64,000 nucleotides of DNA from NCBI RefSeq assembly GCF_050633725.1, contig NZ_JBOEHB010000002.1, positions 1 through 64,000 of the forward strand, in the 5' to 3' direction. The position numbers were made by a program, and so were the translations under genes. Shown here piece by piece: positions 19,241-27,535 of this stretch; the first letter of the stretch is position 1; every line of letters starts with the position of its first letter. The notes under the pieces are model-generated. The model had not been told where the DNA came from and ran no database searches. It saw only the letters and a program-made list of their open reading frames with translations. Source of the DNA: Planktotalea sp. Lineage in GTDB: Bacteria > Pseudomonadota > Alphaproteobacteria > Rhodobacterales > Rhodobacteraceae.

Positions 19241-20215
19241 ATGGGACTAAATGACGGCGCATGTTGCCCAAAAGGAAGCGCTGAAACTGGTCAGGCACCG
19301 CATCACATTTATCGCAACGCTGCCTTGGCAGTTCCTAAGGCATCTCCTGAGGTTCGCGATAAATTGCGTGAATCGCTCGTAGAAATCCGCGGCGGAATCT
19401 TTGAGATGGGTGCCCGAAAATCAACGTTTCCTGCGGATCTCGACAGCCCACGCGCTAAAGTTAAAGTATCGTCCTTTCTGATATCCCCGTACTCGGTCAC
19501 GAACGCGCAATTCGCAGCATTTGTGTCCGACACAGGCTATGTGTCCGTCGCTGAGCGCGAAGGTTGGAGCTTTGTGTTTCACCTATTCCTCGATCAACCT
19601 AATAAATGGCAAATTTCGCCCCCCGGCCTGCCCTGGTGGCGCAAAGTAGATGGCGCTTATTGGGCGGCGCCACGTGGGCCAGAAAGTAGCTGGCATGACA
19701 TTCCCGACCATCCTGCCGTCCATATCACTTGGTCAGACGCTTTGGCCTATTGCACATGGGCAGGGCTAAGATTACCGCGAGAAGCCGAATGGGAACGTGC
19801 CGCACGTGGGAAACTGGCAAAGGCTAAATTCCCTTGGGGGAACGCGTTTAGACCGAATGGCGAAACTCAGATGAATACGTGGCAAGGCGATTTCCCGAAG
19901 ACTAACACAGGTGCCTTCTCTCGAACGGGAACTGCGCCTGTTACGGCGTATGAACCAAATACCTTTGGCCTATACAACATGACGGGAAATGTTTGGGAAT
20001 GGGTTCAAGATTACTTTGGCCCGATCCCCAGCAGCGCAAAACGCCCTGTGTTTGATCCAACTGGCCCGAAAAATGGAGATTGGCGGGTCCAACGTGGCGG
20101 GTCTCATCTATGCCATGTCAGTTATTGTGATCGTTATCACGTCCACTCGCGTAGCTCCAATGATCCAGATAGCTCTACCGGAAATTGCGGCTTTCGTGTT
20201 GCTGCTGATATCTAA
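19241..20215 (+). CDS. Formylglycine-generating enzyme (FGE / SUMF1) family protein.
   Basis: The FGE-sulfatase fold is readable (VEIRGGIFEMG...GNVWEWV...RGGSHLCHVSYCDRY, with the C-x4-C catalytic Cys pair). No signal peptide is evident. Confidence 0.8.
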   Translation: MGLNDGACCPKGSAETGQAPHHIYRNAALAVPKASPEVRDKLRESLVEIRGGIFEMGARKSTFPADLDSPRAKVKVSSFLISPYSVTNAQFAAFVSDTGYVSVAEREGWSFVFHLFLDQPNKWQISPPGLPWWRKVDGAYWAAPRGPESSWHDIPDHPAVHITWSDALAYCTWAGLRLPREAEWERAARGKLAKAKFPWGNAFRPNGETQMNTWQGDFPKTNTGAFSRTGTAPVTAYEPNTFGLYNMTGNVWEWVQDYFGPIPSSAKRPVFDPTGPKNGDWRVQRGGSHLCHVSYCDRYHVHSRSSNDPDSSTGNCGFRVAADI

Positions 20216-20221
20216 AAAGAA

Positions 20222-20256
20222 GCGAGGGCAATCGCCCCCGCTGCAATTTGTTTGAT
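20222..20256. terminator. Probable bidirectional terminator between the convergent FGE and thiolase genes.
   Basis: A stem GCGAGGGC-aatc-GCCCCCGC with one mismatch is flanked by an A-run upstream and a T-rich stretch downstream. Confidence 0.35.
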
Positions 20257-21441
20257 TTAAGCGATGTTTTCGATCGCCAGTGCAATGCCCTGTCCGCCAC
20301 CGATGCACATCGTCACAAGACCATAACGACCGCCAGCGCGTTCCAGTTCATTCAACGCTTTGATTGTAATGATCGCACCCGTTGCACCAACGGGATGGCC
20401 CAGCGCAATTGCACCGCCATTTGGGTTTACCTTGCTCACATCCAAGCCAAGCTCTTTGTTGACGGCACAGGCCTGCGCCGCAAACGCCTCGTTGGACTCG
20501 ACGACATCAAAATCACTAGCCTGCATTTTCAGGTTGCTCAGCAATTTTGTCACCGCGCTCACCGGCCCTATCCCCATAACTTCGGGACGCACCCCAGAAT
20601 GCGCGTATCCAAGCAACCGCGCGCGTGGCTTGAGGCCCATTTTGTCAGCCGTCTCTGCGGATGCCAGAACCATTGCCGCCGCGCCGTCATTTAGACCAGA
20701 CGCATTACCAGCAGTAACAGAACCATCCTTCCGAAATGCAGCGCGCAAATTCGCAAGGCTTTCGGCTGTCGTTGATGATTTTGGATGTTCATCAGTGTCA
20801 AAGGGCACCAACTCGCGTCGCCGCTTTACTTCGATTGGCATAATCTGACTTTTGAAGCGACCTTCTTCGATAGCGACAGACGCGCGCCGTTGGCTCTCCG
20901 CTGCAAAGGCATCCTGATCTTCTCGGGTGATCCCATGCTCGTCCGCAACGTTTTCAGCGGTCACGCCCATATGACCCGTTCCAAATGGATCGGTCAGCGC
21001 CGCGATCATCATATCCGTCATCGCCATATCGCCCATCTTCTGACCAAAACGCGGGGATTGGCTGGAAAAAGGCGAGCGCGACATGCATTCGGCACCACCC
21101 GCCAAAGCAAAGTCTACATCGCCAAGCATAATATGCTGCGCAGCTGAAACGATCGCCTGAGCGCCCGATCCGCAAAGCCGGTTAACCGTTAGCGCCGGAC
21201 TTTCAATTGGGATGCCTGCTTCAACAGCCGCGACGCGGCTAAGATACATATCGCGACCCTCTGTATTGATCACATGACCAAATACCGAGTGACCAACGAG
21301 CTTTGGATCAATGGAGCTGCGCGCGATAGCTTCTCGTGCAACCGCCGCCGCGAGCGCAGTCGGCGCAGTTCCTGCAAGTGATCCGCCAAACGTGCCAATC
21401 GCTGTGCGCGCACCATCCAAAATTACAACGTCTTGAACCAT
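20257..21441 (-). CDS. Acetyl-CoA C-acetyltransferase (thiolase II).
   Basis: Translation reads MVQDVVILDGARTAIG... with active-site Cys (NRLCGSG) and C-terminal His/Cys motifs (GHPVGATG, CIGGGQG). The ATG at 21441 has AAGGA upstream, whereas the track start at 21456 is a TTG extension. Confidence 0.9.
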   Translation of the reverse strand: MVQDVVILDGARTAIGTFGGSLAGTAPTALAAAVAREAIARSSIDPKLVGHSVFGHVINTEGRDMYLSRVAAVEAGIPIESPALTVNRLCGSGAQAIVSAAQHIMLGDVDFALAGGAECMSRSPFSSQSPRFGQKMGDMAMTDMMIAALTDPFGTGHMGVTAENVADEHGITREDQDAFAAESQRRASVAIEEGRFKSQIMPIEVKRRRELVPFDTDEHPKSSTTAESLANLRAAFRKDGSVTAGNASGLNDGAAAMVLASAETADKMGLKPRARLLGYAHSGVRPEVMGIGPVSAVTKLLSNLKMQASDFDVVESNEAFAAQACAVNKELGLDVSKVNPNGGAIALGHPVGATGAIITIKALNELERAGGRYGLVTMCIGGGQGIALAIENIA

Positions 21442-21663
21442 TTTCTTTTCCTTCAAAGTTTAAGCCGAGCTTAGAGAAAAACCTACGGTGTTAACAGAGC
21501 CAGTCCTTCCGCGACGTGACTGATCGCCGCAAAGTTGCGAAACACACATTGCGAATAGGCATGGAAACCAACTACAAAGTTGCCTAACTTTTAAACAGCA
21601 CGTCTCCCTGAACGGCCATACTTGGGCTGGCGAAAACAGATTGTTAAAGACTGAAGGAAACAC

Positions 21664-22656
21664 TTGATGCCATCTACACGACTAAAGGTAATTGTCACGC
21701 GGCGCTTACCCGAGCCAGTTGAGAAACGATTAAGTGAATTTTTCGATGTTTCCTTGCGAGACACAGACGAGCCAATGACACGGGCTGAATTGGTGGAAGC
21801 AGTCAAGAATTGTGATGTTCTTGTCCCAACGCTCACCGATCGCATCAATTCCGGCCTCATTGGCCAAGCGGGCGAGCGCCTTAAGCTGATTGCCAACTAT
21901 GGGGCTGGCGTGGATCACATCGATGTTCACACAGCGCGTCAACGCGGCATTCTTGTGTCCAACACACCTGGCATTCTGACCGAAGACACCGCTGATATGA
22001 CCATGGCACTGATCCTCTCTGTGACGCGCCGCATGAGCGATGGCATCGCGCATATGAAGTCTGGTGAATGGCAAGGTTGGTCACCAACGGCCCTGCTCGG
22101 CAGTCGCATTTCTGGCAAGCGTTTGGGCATTGTTGGCATGGGTCGGATCGGCCAAGCAGTCGCCAAACGTGCAAACGCATTTGGGATGCAAGTACATTAC
22201 CACAGCCGCCAACGTCAGCGCCCTGCAATCGAAGAACCGCTCGAAGCAACCTATTGGGAAGATTTGGACGAAATGGTCAAGCGCATGGATGTAATCAGCA
22301 TTCACTGCTCCCACACCGCGGAAACATATCACCTGATGAACGCGAAACGCCTGAAATCGATGAAATCAGACGCAGTGATTGTGAATACGGCGCGCGGCGA
22401 AATCATCGACGAAAACGCCCTTAAGCGCATGTTGAATGATAAAGAGATCGCAGGTGCTGGATTGGACGTCTTTGAGCACGAAAACGATGGCGAGGGGATC
22501 GACCTGACGCCCCAGAGCAACGTCGTTCTTCTGCCGCATATGGCATCAGCAACAGTCGAGGCGCGCCAAGAAATGGGTGATCGCGTCGTACTGAACATCA
22601 AAACTTTCGACGACGGTCACCGTCCACCGGATCAAGTCATCCCAGCGATGGTTTAA
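21664..22656 (+). CDS. D-isomer-specific 2-hydroxyacid dehydrogenase (glyoxylate/hydroxypyruvate reductase-like).
   Basis: The NAD-binding motif LGIVGMGRIGQAVAKRA and the catalytic R/E/H triad region are present. Confidence 0.85.
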   Translation: MMPSTRLKVIVTRRLPEPVEKRLSEFFDVSLRDTDEPMTRAELVEAVKNCDVLVPTLTDRINSGLIGQAGERLKLIANYGAGVDHIDVHTARQRGILVSNTPGILTEDTADMTMALILSVTRRMSDGIAHMKSGEWQGWSPTALLGSRISGKRLGIVGMGRIGQAVAKRANAFGMQVHYHSRQRQRPAIEEPLEATYWEDLDEMVKRMDVISIHCSHTAETYHLMNAKRLKSMKSDAVIVNTARGEIIDENALKRMLNDKEIAGAGLDVFEHENDGEGIDLTPQSNVVLLPHMASATVEARQEMGDRVVLNIKTFDDGHRPPDQVIPAMV

Positions 22657-22674
22657 GGCCTCGAAAACAAGCAT

Positions 22675-22712
22675 AGGCGCTTTTGCAGTAAAATGCGAAA
22701 GCGCCTTTTTTA
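22675..22712 (+). terminator. Rho-independent terminator, possibly bidirectional.
   Basis: A 9-bp stem AGGCGCTTT...AAAGCGCCT is followed by TTTTTTAT, between convergent genes. Confidence 0.6.
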
Positions 22713-23744
22713 TCTCGTAAAGTCGGTGATCACCGCAGTTCCGGGCCGCGTTGGTCCCTTCATCGCGCGAAGCTCAGCGCTCGCCGCAGACAAGGGCACA
22801 ACGCGATCCAGCATCGGGGTCAGATCGACCTCACCGCGTTCTATCATTCCCAATAGTGACGGATACTTCCAAGCAGGCATGCCGCGTGTTCCATAAAACG
22901 CCAATTGTTTGGAATAGATCGCACGCATATTTATCGACATCACGCCATCCCCTGCTGGCATGCCAACGTGAACATGCCGACCAAGCGTAGCGAGACACTC
23001 GACCGAAGCATTTGTCGTCGCTTCAATACCTAGCGCCTCTAGTGAAACCTGCGCGCCGCCGCCTGTTATCTCTCGGATCGCTTCTGGTACATCTGTTTCC
23101 AGTGCATTTACCGCAGCGTCAGCACCAAGTTGTTTGGCATGAGTCAGTTTTTCCTCGACCACATCGACAACAACAACGCGCGCACCAAGCATTTTCGCTA
23201 GTAGCAATGCAGATAGGCCAATACCGCCAGTCCCATGTACAGCAACCCATTCACCGGCGCGTACATTGGCGCGATCCGTCAATGCATGCCACGCCGTTGT
23301 CACACGGCACCCAAGGCCCGCGGCAAGCGCGGGAGAAAGCGTTTCGGGTAAGTGAACTAGGTTATGATCAAACGGAACAGCCACATATTCGGCATAGGCA
23401 CCAGGCGCACCAAAGCCGGGCACAATTGCGCTTTCGCACGCATTGGATGTACCCGTCTGGCAAGCAGGACAATCACCGCATCCCAAGATAAAGGGTGCGA
23501 TCAACTTGTCGCCGATTTTGTGTTTTGCCTGCGCCCCCGCTTCAACAACGGTGCCACAATATTCGTGCCCCATGATTGAGCCATTCACCACCTTGGGGTG
23601 CCCCCCAACCCAGCCATGAAAATCCGATCGACACACACCACAAGCCGCAACCTCCAGCACCACGCCATTATCTGGGCAAGTCGGATCAGCGACGGTTTCT
23701 ATCGACAGGTCTTCGTTGAATTCTCGAACGACAGCTGCACGCAT
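22710..23744 (-). CDS. Zinc-dependent alcohol dehydrogenase (MDR family).
   Basis: Translation reads MRAAVVREF...CGVCRSD...GHEYCGTVVEAG. The track ORF carries a 14-aa N-terminal over-extension. Confidence 0.85.
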   Translation of the reverse strand: MRAAVVREFNEDLSIETVADPTCPDNGVVLEVAACGVCRSDFHGWVGGHPKVVNGSIMGHEYCGTVVEAGAQAKHKIGDKLIAPFILGCGDCPACQTGTSNACESAIVPGFGAPGAYAEYVAVPFDHNLVHLPETLSPALAAGLGCRVTTAWHALTDRANVRAGEWVAVHGTGGIGLSALLLAKMLGARVVVVDVVEEKLTHAKQLGADAAVNALETDVPEAIREITGGGAQVSLEALGIEATTNASVECLATLGRHVHVGMPAGDGVMSINMRAIYSKQLAFYGTRGMPAWKYPSLLGMIERGEVDLTPMLDRVVPLSAASAELRAMKGPTRPGTAVITDFTR

Positions 23745-23965
23745 CGTATGACCTTTCCTAGTCTTTAGCGCGCTGAATGCCACCAAACGTCGCCTCTACG
23801 GCAGTGCTCAGACCAGAGTTGAACCACGCTTGGCGTAGTCGGCAACTGCAGCAGTTACGCCAATTGTTGTTAGATCGTCGAGAAATTTGTAGCAGTAAGA
23901 ATTTCTTTATTATAGTAAAATCAATTAACAAATCTTGTAAGAAAAACTTTCTAATTCCTGGGTGA

Positions 23966-24871
23966 GTGTCCATGACAATCAGGCTATTGCGAACTCTTGT
24001 TGCGATTGCAGATACGCGCACGTTCAGTGCTGCCGCAGATGTCGTGCATGTGACCCATGCCGCGGTGAGTCAGCAAATGCAGACCCTAGAGGCAAACTTG
24101 GGCATTGCCCTATTCAATCGCGAGACACGCACGCCCGAACTAACGCCAATTGCCCATGAAATCGTCCGAAATGCACGCAAACTCATCGCGGACTACGACA
24201 ATCTGGTACCCTCGGTACTCGCAGATGATGGGCTGAGCGGAACTCTTACCTTGGGCGCGCTGCGCACAACGTTGACGGGACTTACCCCGCAAGCAATGGC
24301 GCGGTTGACGAAGCACTACCCCGATCTCACCCTTCATATCAGACCGGGGTTAACCGAAGCGCTTTTGACAGATATCGAAAGAGGAACTCTCGACGCGGCG
24401 ATCATCACCAAACCACACTTGCTGCCGGTCGATATTCAATTTCGAGAATTATGCCACGAGCCAATGGAGCTAATCGCAGCCACCGAGGAAACCGAGACCG
24501 ATCCGATCGTCCTTTTGACCTCGCGTCCCTTTATTCGTTTCAATCGAAATGCGGTTCTCGGCGCATTGATCGACAACTGGCTGCGAACCAATCAAATCCG
24601 CGTCTCTGAAACGATGGAGCTTGATAGCCCAGAGGCGATTGCCAGCATGGTCCACTCTAATCTTGGCGTGTCGATTGTACCCAATCTCGCGGTGAAGCCG
24701 CTCAATCGTATGCCTGTAAAAAGAATTTCCCTCGGTGCCGAAGCGCCTGTTCGCTCTTTGGGTCTGGCCTATCATAAGAACCAGTTGAAAATGCGAGTCA
24801 TTGACGAGGTTTTTGCCGCTCTCTCAAACGTCGTTCAGGCGCAGCACCCTGTGAATGGAAGCGATTCCTAA
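23966..24871 (+). CDS. LysR-family transcriptional regulator.
   Basis: An N-terminal HTH (LLRTLVAIADTRTFSAAADVVHVTHAAVSQQMQTLE) is followed by a LysR substrate-binding domain. The gene is divergent from the ADH, and its stop overlaps the TauE start. Confidence 0.85.
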   Translation: MSMTIRLLRTLVAIADTRTFSAAADVVHVTHAAVSQQMQTLEANLGIALFNRETRTPELTPIAHEIVRNARKLIADYDNLVPSVLADDGLSGTLTLGALRTTLTGLTPQAMARLTKHYPDLTLHIRPGLTEALLTDIERGTLDAAIITKPHLLPVDIQFRELCHEPMELIAATEETETDPIVLLTSRPFIRFNRNAVLGALIDNWLRTNQIRVSETMELDSPEAIASMVHSNLGVSIVPNLAVKPLNRMPVKRISLGAEAPVRSLGLAYHKNQLKMRVIDEVFAALSNVVQAQHPVNGSDS

Positions 24872-25614
24872 TGAGCTTTGAGGTCGCGCTTTTTCTCACA
24901 TTAGGCGCTGCTGCGGGTGGTTTCATAAACGGCCTCGCAGGCACAGGCACCGCGCTGTTTGCGCTGGGCTTTTACTTGCTCGTTTTGCCCCCGATCAGCG
25001 CCGTGGCAATCGTCGCTTTGATGTCCGTTCTGGCTGGGCTTCAAGGATTATGGGTCGTGCGCCGTGAAATTCGCGCCAACCCGATCCGATTGCTCAGGTT
25101 CCTCATACCCGGCCTCGCGGGTGTTCCGATAGGACTTGCCTTGCTTTCGGCAATCGACGCAGGCGCATTGCGTATCGCGATAGCTGCGCTGCTTATCATA
25201 TACGGTGGCTATTTCAGTTTACGCAAATCACTACCGGCATTTTCACGGCGAACGCCTATCATCGACAGCTGCGTTGGCTTCATCGGTGGCGTGTTAGGCG
25301 GCGCTGCGTCTGTATCTGGCGCACTTCCCGTCATTTGGCTGTCGCTGCGCCCATGGCCAAAGGCAGAAACGCGTGCGGTGCTACAGCCCTTCAACGTTGT
25401 CATTCTTAGCACGACAATCGTTCTGCTGTTTTTTAAGGGTGCCTATGATGACACATCCGTCAAAGCCTTGTTCATCACCATCCCCATCGGGATGATCGCC
25501 GCACAAATTGGGATTTTTGTCTTTAATCGGTTGAATGATGACATGTTCCGTAGATTGCTGATTGGCCTCACTCTCTTGATTGGTGCAGGAATTTTCGTAA
25601 GCGAAGCCTTTTGA
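24871..25614 (+). CDS. TauE/SafE (DUF81) family membrane permease, putatively a sulfite / organosulfonate exporter.
   Basis: The 247-aa product has 7-8 TM helices and the duplicated GxGGG motif (GAAAGGFINGLAGTG, GFIGGVLGGAAS). Confidence 0.8.
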   Translation: MSFEVALFLTLGAAAGGFINGLAGTGTALFALGFYLLVLPPISAVAIVALMSVLAGLQGLWVVRREIRANPIRLLRFLIPGLAGVPIGLALLSAIDAGALRIAIAALLIIYGGYFSLRKSLPAFSRRTPIIDSCVGFIGGVLGGAASVSGALPVIWLSLRPWPKAETRAVLQPFNVVILSTTIVLLFFKGAYDDTSVKALFITIPIGMIAAQIGIFVFNRLNDDMFRRLLIGLTLLIGAGIFVSEAF

Positions 25615-25658
25615 GTAAGGCAATAGCCTGCTAACAGGCGCAAACTTTCTACAACGCA

Positions 25659-26084
25659 ATGTTTAAAGGGCGCGTTTCAATGATCTATGAATTTCCGCAA
25701 AAAATTCTGTTCAAACACTGTGATCCCGCCGGCATCGTGTTTTATCCCCGCTATTTTGAAATGCTTAATGATTGTGTCGAAGCCTTCTTTGCCGACATTG
25801 GCTTTGCTTTCGAAGAAATCCACGAGATCGGGCGTGTCCCAACGGTTCAGATCGAAGCGCACTTTGCCAGCCCCAGCAAACACGGCGATGCAATGGTGAT
25901 CGACTTGCAGCTTACCAAGATCGGAAGCAGCAGTATTGGTTTGGAGTTTCATGCGCATTGTGGCGGCGTTACACGCCTAACTGCGAAATCGACGCTGGTT
26001 TACATTAGCCCAAACAATCAATCACAGCCAATCTCAGATGAGCTACGCGCTGCGCTGATGCCTTATCTTCGCTCAGATCAATAG
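25659..26084 (+). CDS. Hotdog-fold acyl-CoA thioesterase (4HBT/YbgC-like).
   Basis: The N-terminal motif reads FKHCDPAGIVFYPRYFEMLNDCVEAFF. The probable start is the internal MIYEF ATG at about 25680. Confidence 0.7.
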   Translation: MFKGRVSMIYEFPQKILFKHCDPAGIVFYPRYFEMLNDCVEAFFADIGFAFEEIHEIGRVPTVQIEAHFASPSKHGDAMVIDLQLTKIGSSSIGLEFHAHCGGVTRLTAKSTLVYISPNNQSQPISDELRAALMPYLRSDQ

Positions 26085-26101
26085 AGCGACGTGCAGCCAA
26101 A

Positions 26102-27532
26102 TCAGGCCCAGCGCGAGAAACCGAACATGAGATAATCGCGCTGATAAGCATCATGAACCGCTTTTTCGATGTCGTCATTATAGACATCCGCCAGATCAAA
26201 GAAGAGCGGCTGGTCTTCGACCAAATCAAGATCACTCTCTTGCTCGCATCCCGCTGATTTTGCGAGCATCGGGAGCATCTCAGGCAATTGATCTTCGCGC
26301 AGCACCATATCCGGAAGGGCAAACTCACCCATATTAGAAATCGCCTGCGATTGGCTGCACCAATGCGCGTCAACGCGGATAGATGTTTGGCCTGATAGGT
26401 TCATCTTCACAAACTGTGCAAACGCTATGAAAGCCTCTTGATGAGCTGCAATATGCCAATTGCCACCTGGCTCTTGGCCCGGGATTGGCAACTTGTGAAA
26501 GCGGCGCAAGGTATTGCGGATTTTGCTAAAACTTCCTGCGCCAGTTGTCAGAATTTTAGTGCAGAACGCGTCATGCAATCGCGCAACTGGATGGCGTAGC
26601 ACCGTAAACGTGCGGTGCCCAAGATGGTCGCGCTTCCATTGCCGCAAGGTCTTTTGATTGAAACCTGTTTGAAGCCCATCGACCGTTGTTCCATCCAAGG
26701 ATGCGAGCCAGCTTTGCACCAGCGCCTCAGGTCCAGACCTTATCGGTAAATACAAAAGAGGGGATTTCGCGGCTGCGATATAACTTGGAACAACGGGCCC
26801 TCGACGTGGTTCGAAATTTGGAGTGCGCGAAAGATTGAAGCGATCAAGTCGCGCCAGACCACGTTCTAAATCACCGCGGTTTTCTACCTTTTCCTCCAAA
26901 GCAACAGGGTTCTGAGGCTTGAGTGAATCATCTAGACTGTCAAGGCGCGCTTCGATGTCTAGATAAGTCGCCAATCCGTTCATGACCTCAACACTTTGAA
27001 GGTCTTCATATGCAACATAGAAGGCCGTTTGGCCCGTTGCTTGAAGGCGATTGAGCAGAGTGACCTGAAACTCTTGCAACTCTTCTACATGCGTCTCGAA
27101 TTCAGCAGCACTAAACGTCGCTTTCGCTTCGCGCCGGCGTTTGACGTTCGTCAGTTTCCACTGACCTGTTTCCTGCGCGATTTTCCAAGACACATAGCTT
27201 TCAAGCGGATTGCGCGTCAGAATAATCTTCGCGCAACGCGGATCGTCCAGGGCAATATCCATGACGCGAGGATCATGATCGTGAAAATAGCGAAACCCAC
27301 CTAAACCATCTGAAAACTTCTTAATCGTTTCGATCAACTGGACCGGGCTGCTTTCACGCATCTCCCGCGTTACGCCCAAAATCTCGGTTTTATTCGGAAA
27401 GCCGATAAAATGCGGATTGAACGCTTCACCATGACACGTGACTCCATCCATTGCGTTCAAATTCGCTTCAAGGAAGTTCGAGCCCGTCCGCATTTCTGCA
27501 AAGACGATGAAGTAGTCGAAGTGTTCACTCAT
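26102..27532 (-). CDS. Tandem-domain sulfotransferase (NodH/Stf-like N-half plus a second sulfotransferase-like C-half).
   Basis: The N-half has a 5'-PSB-like EMRTGSNFLE and a 3'-PB-like LTRNPLESYVSW. The C-half repeats the pattern (PIRSGPEAL; TVLRHPVARLHDAF). Confidence 0.65.
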   Translation of the reverse strand: MSEHFDYFIVFAEMRTGSNFLEANLNAMDGVTCHGEAFNPHFIGFPNKTEILGVTREMRESSPVQLIETIKKFSDGLGGFRYFHDHDPRVMDIALDDPRCAKIILTRNPLESYVSWKIAQETGQWKLTNVKRRREAKATFSAAEFETHVEELQEFQVTLLNRLQATGQTAFYVAYEDLQSVEVMNGLATYLDIEARLDSLDDSLKPQNPVALEEKVENRGDLERGLARLDRFNLSRTPNFEPRRGPVVPSYIAAAKSPLLYLPIRSGPEALVQSWLASLDGTTVDGLQTGFNQKTLRQWKRDHLGHRTFTVLRHPVARLHDAFCTKILTTGAGSFSKIRNTLRRFHKLPIPGQEPGGNWHIAAHQEAFIAFAQFVKMNLSGQTSIRVDAHWCSQSQAISNMGEFALPDMVLREDQLPEMLPMLAKSAGCEQESDLDLVEDQPLFFDLADVYNDDIEKAVHDAYQRDYLMFGFSRWA

Positions 27533-27535
27533 GAT

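Noticed and set aside
20216-20256. Possible sRNA between FGE and thiolase
   Set aside because: At 41 nt it is too short. The hairpin is adequately explained as a shared terminator.
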